Assembly: GCA_008081305.1 (NCBI GenBank)
Contig: VMCP01000023.1
Span: 1 to 33,367, forward strand
From: Bacteroidota bacterium
GTDB taxonomy: Bacteria; Bacteroidota; Bacteroidia; NS11-12g; UBA955
DNA length: 33,367 bases
Direction of reading: 5' to 3'
A program made the translations under genes and the position numbers. The first letter of the stretch is position 1. Each line of letters begins with the position of its first letter. Below are positions 9,364 to 18,486 of this stretch, piece by piece. A model generated the notes under the pieces. It had not been told where the DNA came from. It saw only the letters and a list, made by a program, of their open reading frames with translations, and did not search any database.

Positions 9364-10629
9364 ATGAAAAAATTTGATCAGTTGGGGTTGAACCCCCAGT
9401 TGCTGGCCACTGTCGAAGAACAGGGTTACAGCAGTCCTACGCCTATTCAAGAGGCGTCCATTCCTACCATCTTGGAAGGAAAAGATTTATTTGCAACCGC
9501 ACCTACCGGAACCGGTAAAACTGCGGCTTTCGCTATCCCGCTTATCCAAAAAATGTCGGATAAGCCTCAGAAAAAAGTTTCTACCTTGATACTTGCTCCC
9601 ACAAGAGAGTTAGCACATCAAATTTCAGATAACTTTAAAAAGTATGCGTCCAATTCTAAATTGAGAATCACCCTCATCTACGGTGGAGTATCACAACACC
9701 GTCAAGTAGAGAGTCTACGCAGAGGTTGCCAGGTAATCATTGCCACACCGGGAAGGTTATTAGACCTTATGCAACAAGGACATGTTCACTTAGATGGCGT
9801 AAAACACTTTGTTTTAGATGAATGCGACCGCATGTTAGATATGGGTTTCATTGGCGATATCCGCAAGATTGGTGAACATATTTCTGATACACAGAAACAA
9901 ACTCTTTTGTTCTCTGCTACTGCCTCTCAAGAAATTCGGACCTTATCCGAAGAGCTACTAAACGAGCCAGAAGGAATCGATATTGTTCCAAGCGAAGAAC
10001 ACAAACCAAAAATTGAACAATGGTTGATGGCCGTATCACAAAAGAATAAAACTGAATTATTAGCGGAGATTCTTGAAGATGAGGAAATCGATTCCGCCAT
10101 CGTTTTTACCCGTACCAAGTACGGTGCCGATAAATTAGTAAAGGCTATTAGAGCAGCTGGTCATACAGCCTGTGCCATACATGGAAATAAAACCCAACGT
10201 GAACGCACCAACAATCTTGAATCTTTCAAAAAAGGTAGAGACCGTGTGATGGTAGCAACCGATGTTGCTGCACGAGGAATGGATATACCTGCCTTAAACT
10301 ATGTAGTGAACTTTGATATGGCTGAAGACCCTGAAACCCATACCCATCGTATTGGTAGAACGGGGAGAGCAGGTCGTACCGGTTTAGCCATCTCTTTTTG
10401 TAGCGAGGGGGAATACAAACACCTGAAGGCCCTTCATAAACTTCATGGTAAGGATTGCATGATCGAAATGGAACATGATTTCCGTATTGAATTGGCATCC
10501 AATAACAAACGCGAAGGCTCCAAGAAAAAAGGTGGTAAAACTTCAAATCGCAACAGAAACAATAGACGTCGGAACGAACGCCATTCTGGTGAAAACAGAA
10601 GCAAAAAGCGCTCCGAGAGTTTTGCCTAG
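9364..10629 (+). CDS. rhlE: DEAD-box ATP-dependent RNA helicase (RhlE-like) with a basic R/K/N-rich tail
   Basis: Q-motif region, APTGTGKT, PTRELA, TPGRLLD, DECD, SAT and HRIGRTGRAG. The C-terminal tail is KKKGGKTSNRNRNNRRRNERHSGENRSKKR. Confidence 0.92.
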   Translation: MKKFDQLGLNPQLLATVEEQGYSSPTPIQEASIPTILEGKDLFATAPTGTGKTAAFAIPLIQKMSDKPQKKVSTLILAPTRELAHQISDNFKKYASNSKLRITLIYGGVSQHRQVESLRRGCQVIIATPGRLLDLMQQGHVHLDGVKHFVLDECDRMLDMGFIGDIRKIGEHISDTQKQTLLFSATASQEIRTLSEELLNEPEGIDIVPSEEHKPKIEQWLMAVSQKNKTELLAEILEDEEIDSAIVFTRTKYGADKLVKAIRAAGHTACAIHGNKTQRERTNNLESFKKGRDRVMVATDVAARGMDIPALNYVVNFDMAEDPETHTHRIGRTGRAGRTGLAISFCSEGEYKHLKALHKLHGKDCMIEMEHDFRIELASNNKREGSKKKGGKTSNRNRNNRRRNERHSGENRSKKRSESFA

Positions 10630-10650
10630 AATTTTAATTAATTGATGATG

Positions 10651-10683
10651 AAAGGCTGTCCAATCGGGCAGCCTTTATATTTG
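10651..10683 (+). terminator. Rho-independent terminator after the helicase gene
   Basis: An 11-bp stem AAAGGCTGTCC / GGGCAGCCTTT (one G-U pair), loop AATC, followed by TTTATATTTG. The tail overlaps the next gene's -7 box TATATTTG (10676-10683). Confidence 0.7.
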
Positions 10684-10706
10684 AAAAAAGCTCTAACCAC
10701 TGTAAT

Positions 10707-11495
10707 ATGAAAAAAGCATTAAAACGACCCATAATCCTCATAATATTGGCTCAATGTTTTTATCAACCATTACTTGCTCAGCTGAATACAGATCGTCCTT
10801 CACAATCTGATAATTCGTATACCCTGAAACCTGGGTCATTTCAACATGAAAATGGCTTCCAGATAAACGCGGTAGAAAACACTCCTACAAAAGTCAACTA
10901 TACGGGAACTCTTCCCTATTCCTTATTTCGTTTAGGTGTAAGAAAAGGTTTTGAGCTGCGTATGGCCACAGCCATACTTCGTGATCCAGAAAATGCACCC
11001 TCTCCATTTGGTTTTGCTGATGTTGAACTTGGCACTAAAATCCAAATACTCAAGAACGTGGCATGGATTTCCCACTTAGGATTACCCACAGGAAACTCTA
11101 AATTTTCTAATGGAAAACTCTTCTCTGCCCACAAAGTTTCTGCTACCATTGGCTCAGAAAGAAGCGCGTTTATTTTCAATTCGGGAGTTCGCTTTTCAAC
11201 CAATCCGGTCACCAATCAAAGAGAACAAATTTGGCTCACTACCATTGTTGGGTCTCGTAATATCAACAAGAGCACATCCGTATTTGGCGAAGTATTTATT
11301 TCTCAAAATGCGCTAGGGAAAGGAGCCAATAGAATTACTACATGGCAACCAGGGTTTGATGTTGGATTTGCTTCGAAATTATCCGATAACAGTCAAATTG
11401 ATTTTAGCTACGGTTATATCAAAGATGCCCCTTTTGTAAACCTAGGTTTTAGTTGGGGAGTATTCACTAAAAAAATCTCAAAAGGCGTCGATTAA
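10707..11495 (+). CDS. Outer-membrane beta-barrel, MetA-pathway-of-phenol-degradation family (putative transporter)
   Basis: Signal peptide ending LLAQ, followed immediately by LNTDRPSQSD (the DRP motif of this family). The rest shows an alternating beta-strand pattern, and the size is ~260 aa. Confidence 0.6.
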   Translation: MKKALKRPIILIILAQCFYQPLLAQLNTDRPSQSDNSYTLKPGSFQHENGFQINAVENTPTKVNYTGTLPYSLFRLGVRKGFELRMATAILRDPENAPSPFGFADVELGTKIQILKNVAWISHLGLPTGNSKFSNGKLFSAHKVSATIGSERSAFIFNSGVRFSTNPVTNQREQIWLTTIVGSRNINKSTSVFGEVFISQNALGKGANRITTWQPGFDVGFASKLSDNSQIDFSYGYIKDAPFVNLGFSWGVFTKKISKGVD

Positions 11496-11508
11496 TTACC
11501 CCAGATTT

Positions 11509-12141
11509 TTAGGGTTTTAAACCCAAAACAGTACTACAAATCAAGCACTCTTCCTCTTTGTGTCCACGTGCAGGACAATACTCACGACCATAAAAGATGA
11601 TTTGTAGGTGTAATTTATTCCAAGATTCTTTGGGAAAAAGACGTTTAAGGTCTTTTTCGGTTTGATCCACATTTTTACCATTGCTCAATTTCCAGCGTTT
11701 TGCCAATCTATGTATATGGGTATCCACAGGAAATGCTGGCACACCAAACGCTTGACTCATGACCACACTGGCTGTTTTATGACCTACACCAGGCAAGTCC
11801 TCTAATTCTTCAAAAGTGCTAGGCACCTCGCCATTATGCTTATCCATGATGATTTCACTAAGCCCATATATCGCCTTGCTTTTAAATGGACTTAAGCCAC
11901 ATGGTTTAATGATTTCTCTTATTTCATCCACAGTCAATTTGAGCATCGATTGAGGTGTATTTGCTCGTTCAAAAAGCAATGGTGTTATCTGGTTTACACG
12001 GGCATCTGTGCATTGCGCACTCAATAAAACGGCAATCAGTAATGTGTATGCATCAGTATGGTCTAAAGGAACAGGTGTTTCCGGGTATAACCTCTCCAAG
12101 GTATTGGCAACAAATTCAACTCTTTCCTTTTTTTTCATCAT
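11509..12141 (-). CDS. nth: Endonuclease III
   Basis: HhH-GPD region LPGVGHKTASVVM, catalytic D in VDTHIHR, and a C-terminal 4Fe-4S Cys cluster (C-x6-C-x2-C...). Confidence 0.92.
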   Translation of the reverse strand: MMKKKERVEFVANTLERLYPETPVPLDHTDAYTLLIAVLLSAQCTDARVNQITPLLFERANTPQSMLKLTVDEIREIIKPCGLSPFKSKAIYGLSEIIMDKHNGEVPSTFEELEDLPGVGHKTASVVMSQAFGVPAFPVDTHIHRLAKRWKLSNGKNVDQTEKDLKRLFPKESWNKLHLQIIFYGREYCPARGHKEEECLICSTVLGLKP

Positions 12142-12152
12142 GAGAACACGAA

Positions 12153-13103
12153 TTAAAAGAAGTTAAGTAACTCCTTCTCAGAAAACTCTGTAAAAGTCTG
12201 CTTGAGGGTTATCAATCTCAATGCTCGACCTATCAATTGCTCACTTTCCGAGGGATATACAACCTGTTTTTGATCATCAGTAATGACACAATTCTTGATT
12301 TCATCCTGATGAACCATCATGGTCAAATGAAGCCTTTCCCCATCTTTTAAAAAACTTCGTTCGTGAATATACCTTGGGCTATAACCCAAAATCCAAGATT
12401 CTTGACTGAACTTCTCGTCTGATATTTGCTGACATCTAGATTTCTCTATATCTGTTAGCGGTTTAGAAGTAACGCCGTACAAGGATTCCAACTGATGGCA
12501 TAATTTCCCTATAAACAACGAAGTAGCTCCCAAATCGGTCCACTCACGAATATTGGTCACCTCGCTCCGATTACTTGGAACGGATTTTCCTTCGTACGCT
12601 CCTTCTGAATGAATAGCCGTATTTAAGGATGCCAAATCCGAGTCATATAACAAGGTACCGTGATGAAGACCTTTAAGTCCTTTTTGATAGATATGCTGAG
12701 CATTACCACTTATTTTCAAACCATTCAAGAGCAAATCGTCTCGCTCACTATAGGTAGTCTGAATTCCCAAATTAGATAATACTTCCCTGATGGGCTCAAG
12801 GTACCGCTTGTAGTCAACCGCCCTTTCCATACCCTCACTCAGAGCCTTTACAAAAGTGAAATTCACATTGCCAAGATCATGAAAGACTGTACCTCCTCCA
12901 GATAATCTGCGGGCTATGTGAATATTGTTTTCTTTACAGAAAGCATAATTCGCCTCGGCACATGCATTTTGGTGCTTTCCACAAACCACTGCGGATTCAC
13001 TCTGCCAAAGCATCAAAATATCTTCTGTTTGCTCGTGTAACAGGTACTGTTCTGTTGCTAAATTGAAATACACATCATGTGAGTCACTACGAATAATGCG
13101 CAT
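12153..13103 (-). CDS. lplA: Lipoate-protein ligase A family protein
   Basis: RRLSGGGTVFHDLGNVNF and GNAQH...LHHGTLL motifs of the LplA/LipB-BPL catalytic domain. Confidence 0.8.
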   Translation of the reverse strand: MRIIRSDSHDVYFNLATEQYLLHEQTEDILMLWQSESAVVCGKHQNACAEANYAFCKENNIHIARRLSGGGTVFHDLGNVNFTFVKALSEGMERAVDYKRYLEPIREVLSNLGIQTTYSERDDLLLNGLKISGNAQHIYQKGLKGLHHGTLLYDSDLASLNTAIHSEGAYEGKSVPSNRSEVTNIREWTDLGATSLFIGKLCHQLESLYGVTSKPLTDIEKSRCQQISDEKFSQESWILGYSPRYIHERSFLKDGERLHLTMMVHQDEIKNCVITDDQKQVVYPSESEQLIGRALRLITLKQTFTEFSEKELLNFF

Positions 13104-13109
13104 GATGTA

Positions 13110-13856
13110 CTATCCTTGAAACTTTAACTTCTTACGCCTTAACTCAAAGTTTTGACCTAAATAAACCTTTCTGACCATTTCATCTTCAGCCAATTCCTCA
13201 GCCGTACCTTGCTTCAAAAGTTTACCTTCAAAGAGCAAATAGGCTCGGTCTGTGATGCTCAATGTTTCTTGGACATTGTGATCGGTAATTAGGATACCAA
13301 TTCCTTTTTCTTTAAGTTTATAAATAATGGCTTGAATATCCTCTACCGCGATGGGATCTACGCCGGCAAACGGCTCATCTAATAATATAAAATTGGGGTC
13401 TGTAGCTAATGCACGAGCTATTTCGGTTCTTCTACGTTCCCCACCGCTTAATACCTTTCCAAGATTTTTTCTAACCCTACCAAGTCCAAACTCTTCAATC
13501 AATGTTTCACGTTTTTCTATTTGTTCAGATTTTGAAAGGCTGGTCATTTCTAAAATAGCTTGAATGTTATCTTCAACGGATAAATCCCTGAACACAGAAG
13601 CCTCCTGAGGTAGATATCCAATACCCTTTCGAGCCCTTTTGTACATTGGCAGTGTGGTAATATTTTCATCTTCGAGAAAAATATCTCCTTGATCGGGCTG
13701 AACCAAACCCACAAACATATAAAACGTAGTAGTTTTACCAGCACCATTGGGCCCAAGGAGTCCAACAATCTCGCCCGTGTTTACCTCTACCGATACCTCG
13801 TTGACAACGCGTTTAGATCCATATTGTTTTACGAGGATATCCGACTTCAGACGCAT
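13110..13856 (-). CDS. lptB: LPS export ABC transporter ATP-binding protein
   Basis: Single ABC cassette of ~248 aa: [33 protein letters not shown] and the LptB-type tail. Confidence 0.9.
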   Translation of the reverse strand: MRLKSDILVKQYGSKRVVNEVSVEVNTGEIVGLLGPNGAGKTTTFYMFVGLVQPDQGDIFLEDENITTLPMYKRARKGIGYLPQEASVFRDLSVEDNIQAILEMTSLSKSEQIEKRETLIEEFGLGRVRKNLGKVLSGGERRRTEIARALATDPNFILLDEPFAGVDPIAVEDIQAIIYKLKEKGIGILITDHNVQETLSITDRAYLLFEGKLLKQGTAEELAEDEMVRKVYLGQNFELRRKKLKFQG

Positions 13857-13860
13857 GAAA

Positions 13861-13868
13861 CAAATATA
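13861..13868 (-). promoter_or_regulatory. -7 box TATATTTG (minus strand), 4 nt upstream of the lptB ATG
   Basis: The plus strand reads CAAATATA, and the CAT of the start codon is at 13854-13856. Confidence 0.45.
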
Positions 13869-13913
13869 AAGGTTAAAAGCGGGGATTCCCTTGTAGGAGT
13901 CTCTATTTCATCT

Positions 13914-13921
13914 TACTTTTG
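13914..13921 (+). promoter_or_regulatory. -7 box TACTTTTG driving the SRP RNA
   Basis: Exact TAnnTTTG match, 4 nt before the first base of the closing helix of the RNA. Confidence 0.5.
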
Positions 13922-13925
13922 CACC

Positions 13926-14010
13926 GGCGGTACGGCCAGCTCCCTGTGAACTCCCCCAGGGCCGGAAGGCAGCAAGGGTAGCAGGTTGTAGCGGCGCGAT
14001 ACCGCCTTTT
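13926..14010 (+). ncRNA. ffs: Small (4.5S-type) signal recognition particle RNA
   Basis: Conserved domain IV core CCCAGGGCCGGAAGGCAGCAAGGG, with a GGAA tetraloop and flanking AGCA/symmetric-loop residues (compare E. coli 4.5S CAGGUCCGGAAGGAAGCAGC). The closing helix is GGCGGTA (13926-13932) / TACCGCC (14000-14006), followed by a T-run at 14007-14012. No ORF covers this gap. Confidence 0.8.
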
Positions 14011-14967
14011 TTATATCCAATTTTGGATAATTTCTTGAATTTTAACGCCTTCAGCCTCTGCCTTAAAGTTCAATACTACACGATGGGAAAGCACCCACTT
14101 AGCTACGGACTGAACATCTTCTTTATCAACCGAGAATTTACCATTCATAAGGGCATGACATTTAGCTCCCAAAACAAGGTTTTGACCTGCTCTCGGGCCG
14201 GCTCCATAAGCGATATAAGTCTGGGCTTCTTTATTTTCAGAAGCTGGTCGAGATTTATTCACCAAGCCCACCACATATTCGAAAACACTATCCGGCACTG
14301 GAACCTCTCTTACCACATTCTGAAAAGTAGAAACTTCTTCTGCTTTCATCACAGCAGAAACTGACGGACTAAAACCAGTAGTGGTTTGCTTTAATATTTG
14401 TACCTCTTCTTTGAAACTAGGATAATCCAAATTCACTTGATACATAAAACGATCGAGTTGTGCCTCAGGTAATGGATAAGTACCTTCCTGTTCAATTGGA
14501 TTCTGTGTGGCTAAAACAAAAAATGGATCTGGTAAACGGTAATTCTTTCCAGCAGCGGTAACTTGGCGTTCTTGCATCGCCTCCAACAAAGCACTTTGTG
14601 TCTTAGGAGGTGTTCGGTTGATTTCATCCGCAAGCAATAAATTCGTGAATAATGGACCCTTTACAAACTGAAAAGAACGATCCTCTCCTAAAATCTCGGA
14701 ACCGATGATGTCACTCGGCATTAAATCTGGTGTAAACTGAACACGATTAAAATTAAGATCTAGCGCCTCCGCTAGGGTTTTAACTAAAAGTGTTTTAGCT
14801 AGACCTGGAACACCTATCATTAATACATGTCCGTGAGAAAACAATCCGTTCAATAGCGCGTTTATGACCTCTTCTTGACCTACGATGACCTTGGATATTT
14901 CTGTACGTAATTCTTCGATACGAACCGAAAAGGATTCCGCTTGTTGCACCAAATCTTGCTTAGTCAT
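14011..14967 (-). CDS. moxR: MoxR-family AAA+ ATPase
   Basis: 318 aa. Walker A GVPGLAKT, Walker B LLADEINR, ATQNPIEQEGTYPLPEAQLDRF, and the C-terminal AAA lid typical of MoxR. Confidence 0.9.
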   Translation of the reverse strand: MTKQDLVQQAESFSVRIEELRTEISKVIVGQEEVINALLNGLFSHGHVLMIGVPGLAKTLLVKTLAEALDLNFNRVQFTPDLMPSDIIGSEILGEDRSFQFVKGPLFTNLLLADEINRTPPKTQSALLEAMQERQVTAAGKNYRLPDPFFVLATQNPIEQEGTYPLPEAQLDRFMYQVNLDYPSFKEEVQILKQTTTGFSPSVSAVMKAEEVSTFQNVVREVPVPDSVFEYVVGLVNKSRPASENKEAQTYIAYGAGPRAGQNLVLGAKCHALMNGKFSVDKEDVQSVAKWVLSHRVVLNFKAEAEGVKIQEIIQNWI

Positions 14968-16342
14968 TATTCCATTTCTTTAGAATGTCACACTCCAAGT
15001 CTCTTGGATTCACTCTGATATATGCCTTCTTCTTGTATTTCTCCACCCACTTTTCAATCGCCTTTTGCTTTTTCTCGGTTTCAGCCTCCATTTGGATTCT
15101 GCTGTAATCTTGAATCAAGTTAGCCGTATGAGGGGAAACAAACTTTTTTAAATATAAAATACGGTACATGCTACGACCATCTTGAGTCGCTGTAATCAAT
15201 GGTTTAGAGTAATCTCCCTCCTTCATTTTATCAACGATTTGTTTTATATCTGATGGGAAAGATTCAAATAATTTCTTTTGTAGGCCTGTAGCTGGGTCTG
15301 AAATAAATCCGCAATAACCCTTGTTCCCAAGATCTTCATTGGTATAACGCTTTACTGCATCACACCATTCCAAACTTCCATCTGAAAGTTGCTGATAAAT
15401 GGAATCCGCTTGTTGAGAAGCTTTCATGTAATCGTCGGATGTGTTTTCTGGACGAATCAAAATATGACGGGCTTTGATCCTCTCTCCTTTTCGCTCCAAC
15501 AGCTGCATGATATGATATCCATACTCCGTCTTAAAAACCTTCGAAATGCTGTCTTCTTTTAGTTTAAAAGCGATTCTTTCAAAAGCACCTACCATTTCTC
15601 CCCGACCAAATTCTGGTAACATTCCACCTGTGTTTTTGGAACCGGGATCCATGGAATATACTTTGGCCAAACGTTCAAAACTCTCTCCTCGAAGTATTCT
15701 ATTTCTAAGTTCAGTTAACTGCCCTTTAGCGAAATCAATAGACTCTTGGGAGATGGGTAATTCAATAAGTAATTGGGCTACTTCTACCTCAGTAGGTATC
15801 ACAGGTAGACTATCCTCTGGAATACGTTTATAATAATCTTTTACCTCAGCTGGACTTACCCTAACATTACCCGTAATTTGGTTTTGCATTTCCTGCGCCA
15901 AAAGTTGTTCACGCATTTTCGGACGGATTTCATCTTTAAACTCGCGTATGGACTTACCTAAGTAACGTTCCAATTCATCTAGGCTTCCTGCTTGACGCTG
16001 GAAATTTCGAATTCGATTATCTATTTCTGCTTCAATACGATCATCACCAACCGGTATAGAGTCTATCTCCGCCTGACTTAACATTAGCTTTCGAACGATT
16101 AATTGATCTAGAAGGAAACAATACATCTCCTGACTATCCAACAATTTTTGACCTCGTGCTAACTGTACTTTTTCAGTTTCAAAATCACTGTAGAGTATAA
16201 CTTTTTCGCCCACCACGGCAAGAATACCATCTGCATAGTTAGGTGGTAATGCAGGCCCTTGCTGAGCATATAATCCTTTCAGAGACGATAGCCCCAAAAA
16301 GAAAAAGGTTAATATGAAGAGGTTGAACCTTTTACTTGACAT
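14960..16342 (-). CDS. SurA-like periplasmic chaperone / parvulin-type peptidyl-prolyl isomerase
   Basis: Signal peptide ...LKGLYAQQ, a SurA N-domain-like helical region, and one parvulin domain (ARHILI...DPGS..NGG.LP.F..G.MV..FE..AF.L....IS.V..TEYGYHIM). Confidence 0.85.
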   Translation of the reverse strand: MSSKRFNLFILTFFFLGLSSLKGLYAQQGPALPPNYADGILAVVGEKVILYSDFETEKVQLARGQKLLDSQEMYCFLLDQLIVRKLMLSQAEIDSIPVGDDRIEAEIDNRIRNFQRQAGSLDELERYLGKSIREFKDEIRPKMREQLLAQEMQNQITGNVRVSPAEVKDYYKRIPEDSLPVIPTEVEVAQLLIELPISQESIDFAKGQLTELRNRILRGESFERLAKVYSMDPGSKNTGGMLPEFGRGEMVGAFERIAFKLKEDSISKVFKTEYGYHIMQLLERKGERIKARHILIRPENTSDDYMKASQQADSIYQQLSDGSLEWCDAVKRYTNEDLGNKGYCGFISDPATGLQKKLFESFPSDIKQIVDKMKEGDYSKPLITATQDGRSMYRILYLKKFVSPHTANLIQDYSRIQMEAETEKKQKAIEKWVEKYKKKAYIRVNPRDLECDILKKWNND

Positions 16343-18452
16343 TCATTTTTTCTTTAAAGGCCTCTACGACCGCATTGTTAACTTCGACCTTATAACGAGA
16401 TTCTAAATCAGATAACCATTTCTTCTCAAGAACCTCTTGATATTTTGACGCGACAGGACCGCGGGTTTCAGAAAGTGTTTTTGGTCCAGCTGGTAAAAAT
16501 GCATTCACCTTAGCTACAACCCAATCTTCACCCATTAAACCGAGCTTGTAAACTTTATTCTCTTTTTTACGGTATGATGCCTCTTCGAATAAAGTCTTAA
16601 GTGGTTGTGGGTTTGGAAAAAGGAATGAATCACTCAACTGATATTTACCTTTTTTATAGCTGAAGTCCAACTGACTTTTTTCAGTATTTATTTTTCTGAT
16701 GGACTCATCATCCTCTCCTTTTTTGACCTGTTTTGCCACTTTTTTCATCATGCTTTTACTTGCACAGAAGTAGAACGTTACGTTATATCTGTCTTTCCAT
16801 TGGTATTCACCAATATGCTCATCGAAATACGCTTGTAAACCAGTAGTATCTTTATTGGCCTTTTCCCAAACCATCTCCTGCATGCGATTAAACATTAAGA
16901 TACCCTCGCGATACTCTTGATAGATAGCTTTAAATTCGGGTGATTTCTCTTCTAAGTGCTCGTTTTGGTAAGCAACACATGCTTCTCTCACCCAGTTCTC
17001 GTATAAGCGTTGCATGTTATCTTTCACACTTCCTTCGATTGGTCTTTTATTGGCAGCAACCTTTGCTGCAAACTGTTCAACGGTGAATACCTCATCAGCA
17101 AAACGGAATACTTCCGCATCTAGGAAGTTGTAGGTTGAAGCATTTCGACCTTTTCCTATTGTTATCTCTTCTGGCAAGTTTAATAAATCAAATTTCCCTT
17201 TAGCTACAGTTGAGTCAGAAGCGAGGATATCCATCATGGCTACTAATAACTCCGTATTTTCCTCAAAATTCTCATCCCGCTTTACACGATTCACCAAGCT
17301 ATCAATGGATATAGAGGATCGTTGATTTTGCTGTACTTTATTACGCAGAGAAATCTTCATCTCATCAAAAGATTTGATTTCTCTAATTCCTTCTAACTGC
17401 AAGATATGCCAGCCATATCCACTAGAAAATGGCTCCGTTACATCTCCAATTTTACCCAACTCAAAAGCTTTCTCCGCCCATTTTTGTCTTTCAACATCCC
17501 CAACAAACTGAGTAACACCAAACCAATTCATCATTCCACCGTTGTACTTCGAGCTATAATCTTCGCTATACCTAGTAGACATTTCTTGAAATGATTCTCC
17601 TTTTTGAATCTTCTCAAAAATCTCTTTGGTTAGCTTTTCAGCCTCTTCGGTAGTGCGGTTTGAATTATTCCCTGTACGGATTAAGATATGACGTACATGT
17701 CTTTCTCCCGGATTTGGTCTTTTTGCGTTAACGCGTAGGATATGAAAACCAAAATCTGTTCGGAAAATATCTGAAATACCTCCCACTTCCGTATTGAAAG
17801 CTGCATTTTCAAATTCATAGACCACCTGCAAAGCCGTTAGGTAACCCAAATTTCCTCCGTTATCCTTAGAGCCTGGATCTTCAGAATCACTACTAGCAAA
17901 ATCTGCAAAGTTTTTCTCCGATGGATCTCTTTCAAGAGCTTTTTGAATCTCCTTCATACGATCCATAATTCTTGCTTCCTTTTCGGGAGCGGCATTACGC
18001 TCACAGCGCATTAAGACATGAGATACATTAACCTCATACTTCATTCTGTCGTAAGCTTCTTTGATTAATTTGTCGGTTACATTACGATCGTAGAGATAAT
18101 TTCGAGCTAACTGCTCACGGTACATGGATAGCTCCCTTTTGTAGTTCTTCGCTGTATCTTTTCCAGCGTCCATTGCATCTTGAATTTTCAACTTGAACTT
18201 TATGTACAAGTCCAAGTACTCATCAATATCGGCTTCAGTAATAGATTTTTCTTTGAGGTTTAAATTCTTCAGGAATTGTCTTTCAAATTCTCCAACAGTC
18301 ACATCTTGTTTTCCCGCAACGGTAAAAACAGTTTCATCTGAACCAACAACGCCAGGTAGGGCTTTTTCAGATTGCGTATTCCCTTGAGCAAAAACCGAAG
18401 AAATCGCAAAGCACATGGAAAATAAAGCTATAACTCTCATATTCATTTTCAT
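16332..18452 (-). CDS. Large parvulin-type PPIase with two rotamase domains (SurA/PpiD-like)
   Basis: Signal peptide ...SSVFAQG and two PpiC-type domains (VSHVLM...DPGSKDNGGNLGY...FGFHILRV; VRHILI...YNGGMMNWF...YGWHILQL). Confidence 0.85.
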   Translation of the reverse strand: MKMNMRVIALFSMCFAISSVFAQGNTQSEKALPGVVGSDETVFTVAGKQDVTVGEFERQFLKNLNLKEKSITEADIDEYLDLYIKFKLKIQDAMDAGKDTAKNYKRELSMYREQLARNYLYDRNVTDKLIKEAYDRMKYEVNVSHVLMRCERNAAPEKEARIMDRMKEIQKALERDPSEKNFADFASSDSEDPGSKDNGGNLGYLTALQVVYEFENAAFNTEVGGISDIFRTDFGFHILRVNAKRPNPGERHVRHILIRTGNNSNRTTEEAEKLTKEIFEKIQKGESFQEMSTRYSEDYSSKYNGGMMNWFGVTQFVGDVERQKWAEKAFELGKIGDVTEPFSSGYGWHILQLEGIREIKSFDEMKISLRNKVQQNQRSSISIDSLVNRVKRDENFEENTELLVAMMDILASDSTVAKGKFDLLNLPEEITIGKGRNASTYNFLDAEVFRFADEVFTVEQFAAKVAANKRPIEGSVKDNMQRLYENWVREACVAYQNEHLEEKSPEFKAIYQEYREGILMFNRMQEMVWEKANKDTTGLQAYFDEHIGEYQWKDRYNVTFYFCASKSMMKKVAKQVKKGEDDESIRKINTEKSQLDFSYKKGKYQLSDSFLFPNPQPLKTLFEEASYRKKENKVYKLGLMGEDWVVAKVNAFLPAGPKTLSETRGPVASKYQEVLEKKWLSDLESRYKVEVNNAVVEAFKEKMNVK

Positions 18453-18462
18453 TGAAGTAGGG

Positions 18463-18470
18463 CAAAAATA
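18463..18470 (-). promoter_or_regulatory. -7 box TATTTTTG (minus strand), 10 nt upstream of the PPIase ATG
   Basis: The plus strand reads CAAAAATA, within the 34-bp gap after obg. Confidence 0.4.
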
Positions 18471-18486
18471 GGGATTTAAGCAGAAG

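Noticed and set aside
14023-14364. A 113-aa plus-strand ORF inside moxR. Similar antisense ORFs occur at 10226-10546, 10916-11215, 15546-15833, 27753-28052 and 32818-33132.
   Set aside because: All lie antisense within longer ORFs that have clear family motifs, and none has a promoter box or conserved-looking sequence. They are typical shadow ORFs in a moderately AT-rich genome.
14011-14967. MoxR as part of a Bat (Bacteroides aerotolerance) operon.
   Set aside because: No DUF58, VWA (BatA/BatB) or TPR Bat genes follow it, and the gene abuts ffs. It is reported as an orphan MoxR finding instead.
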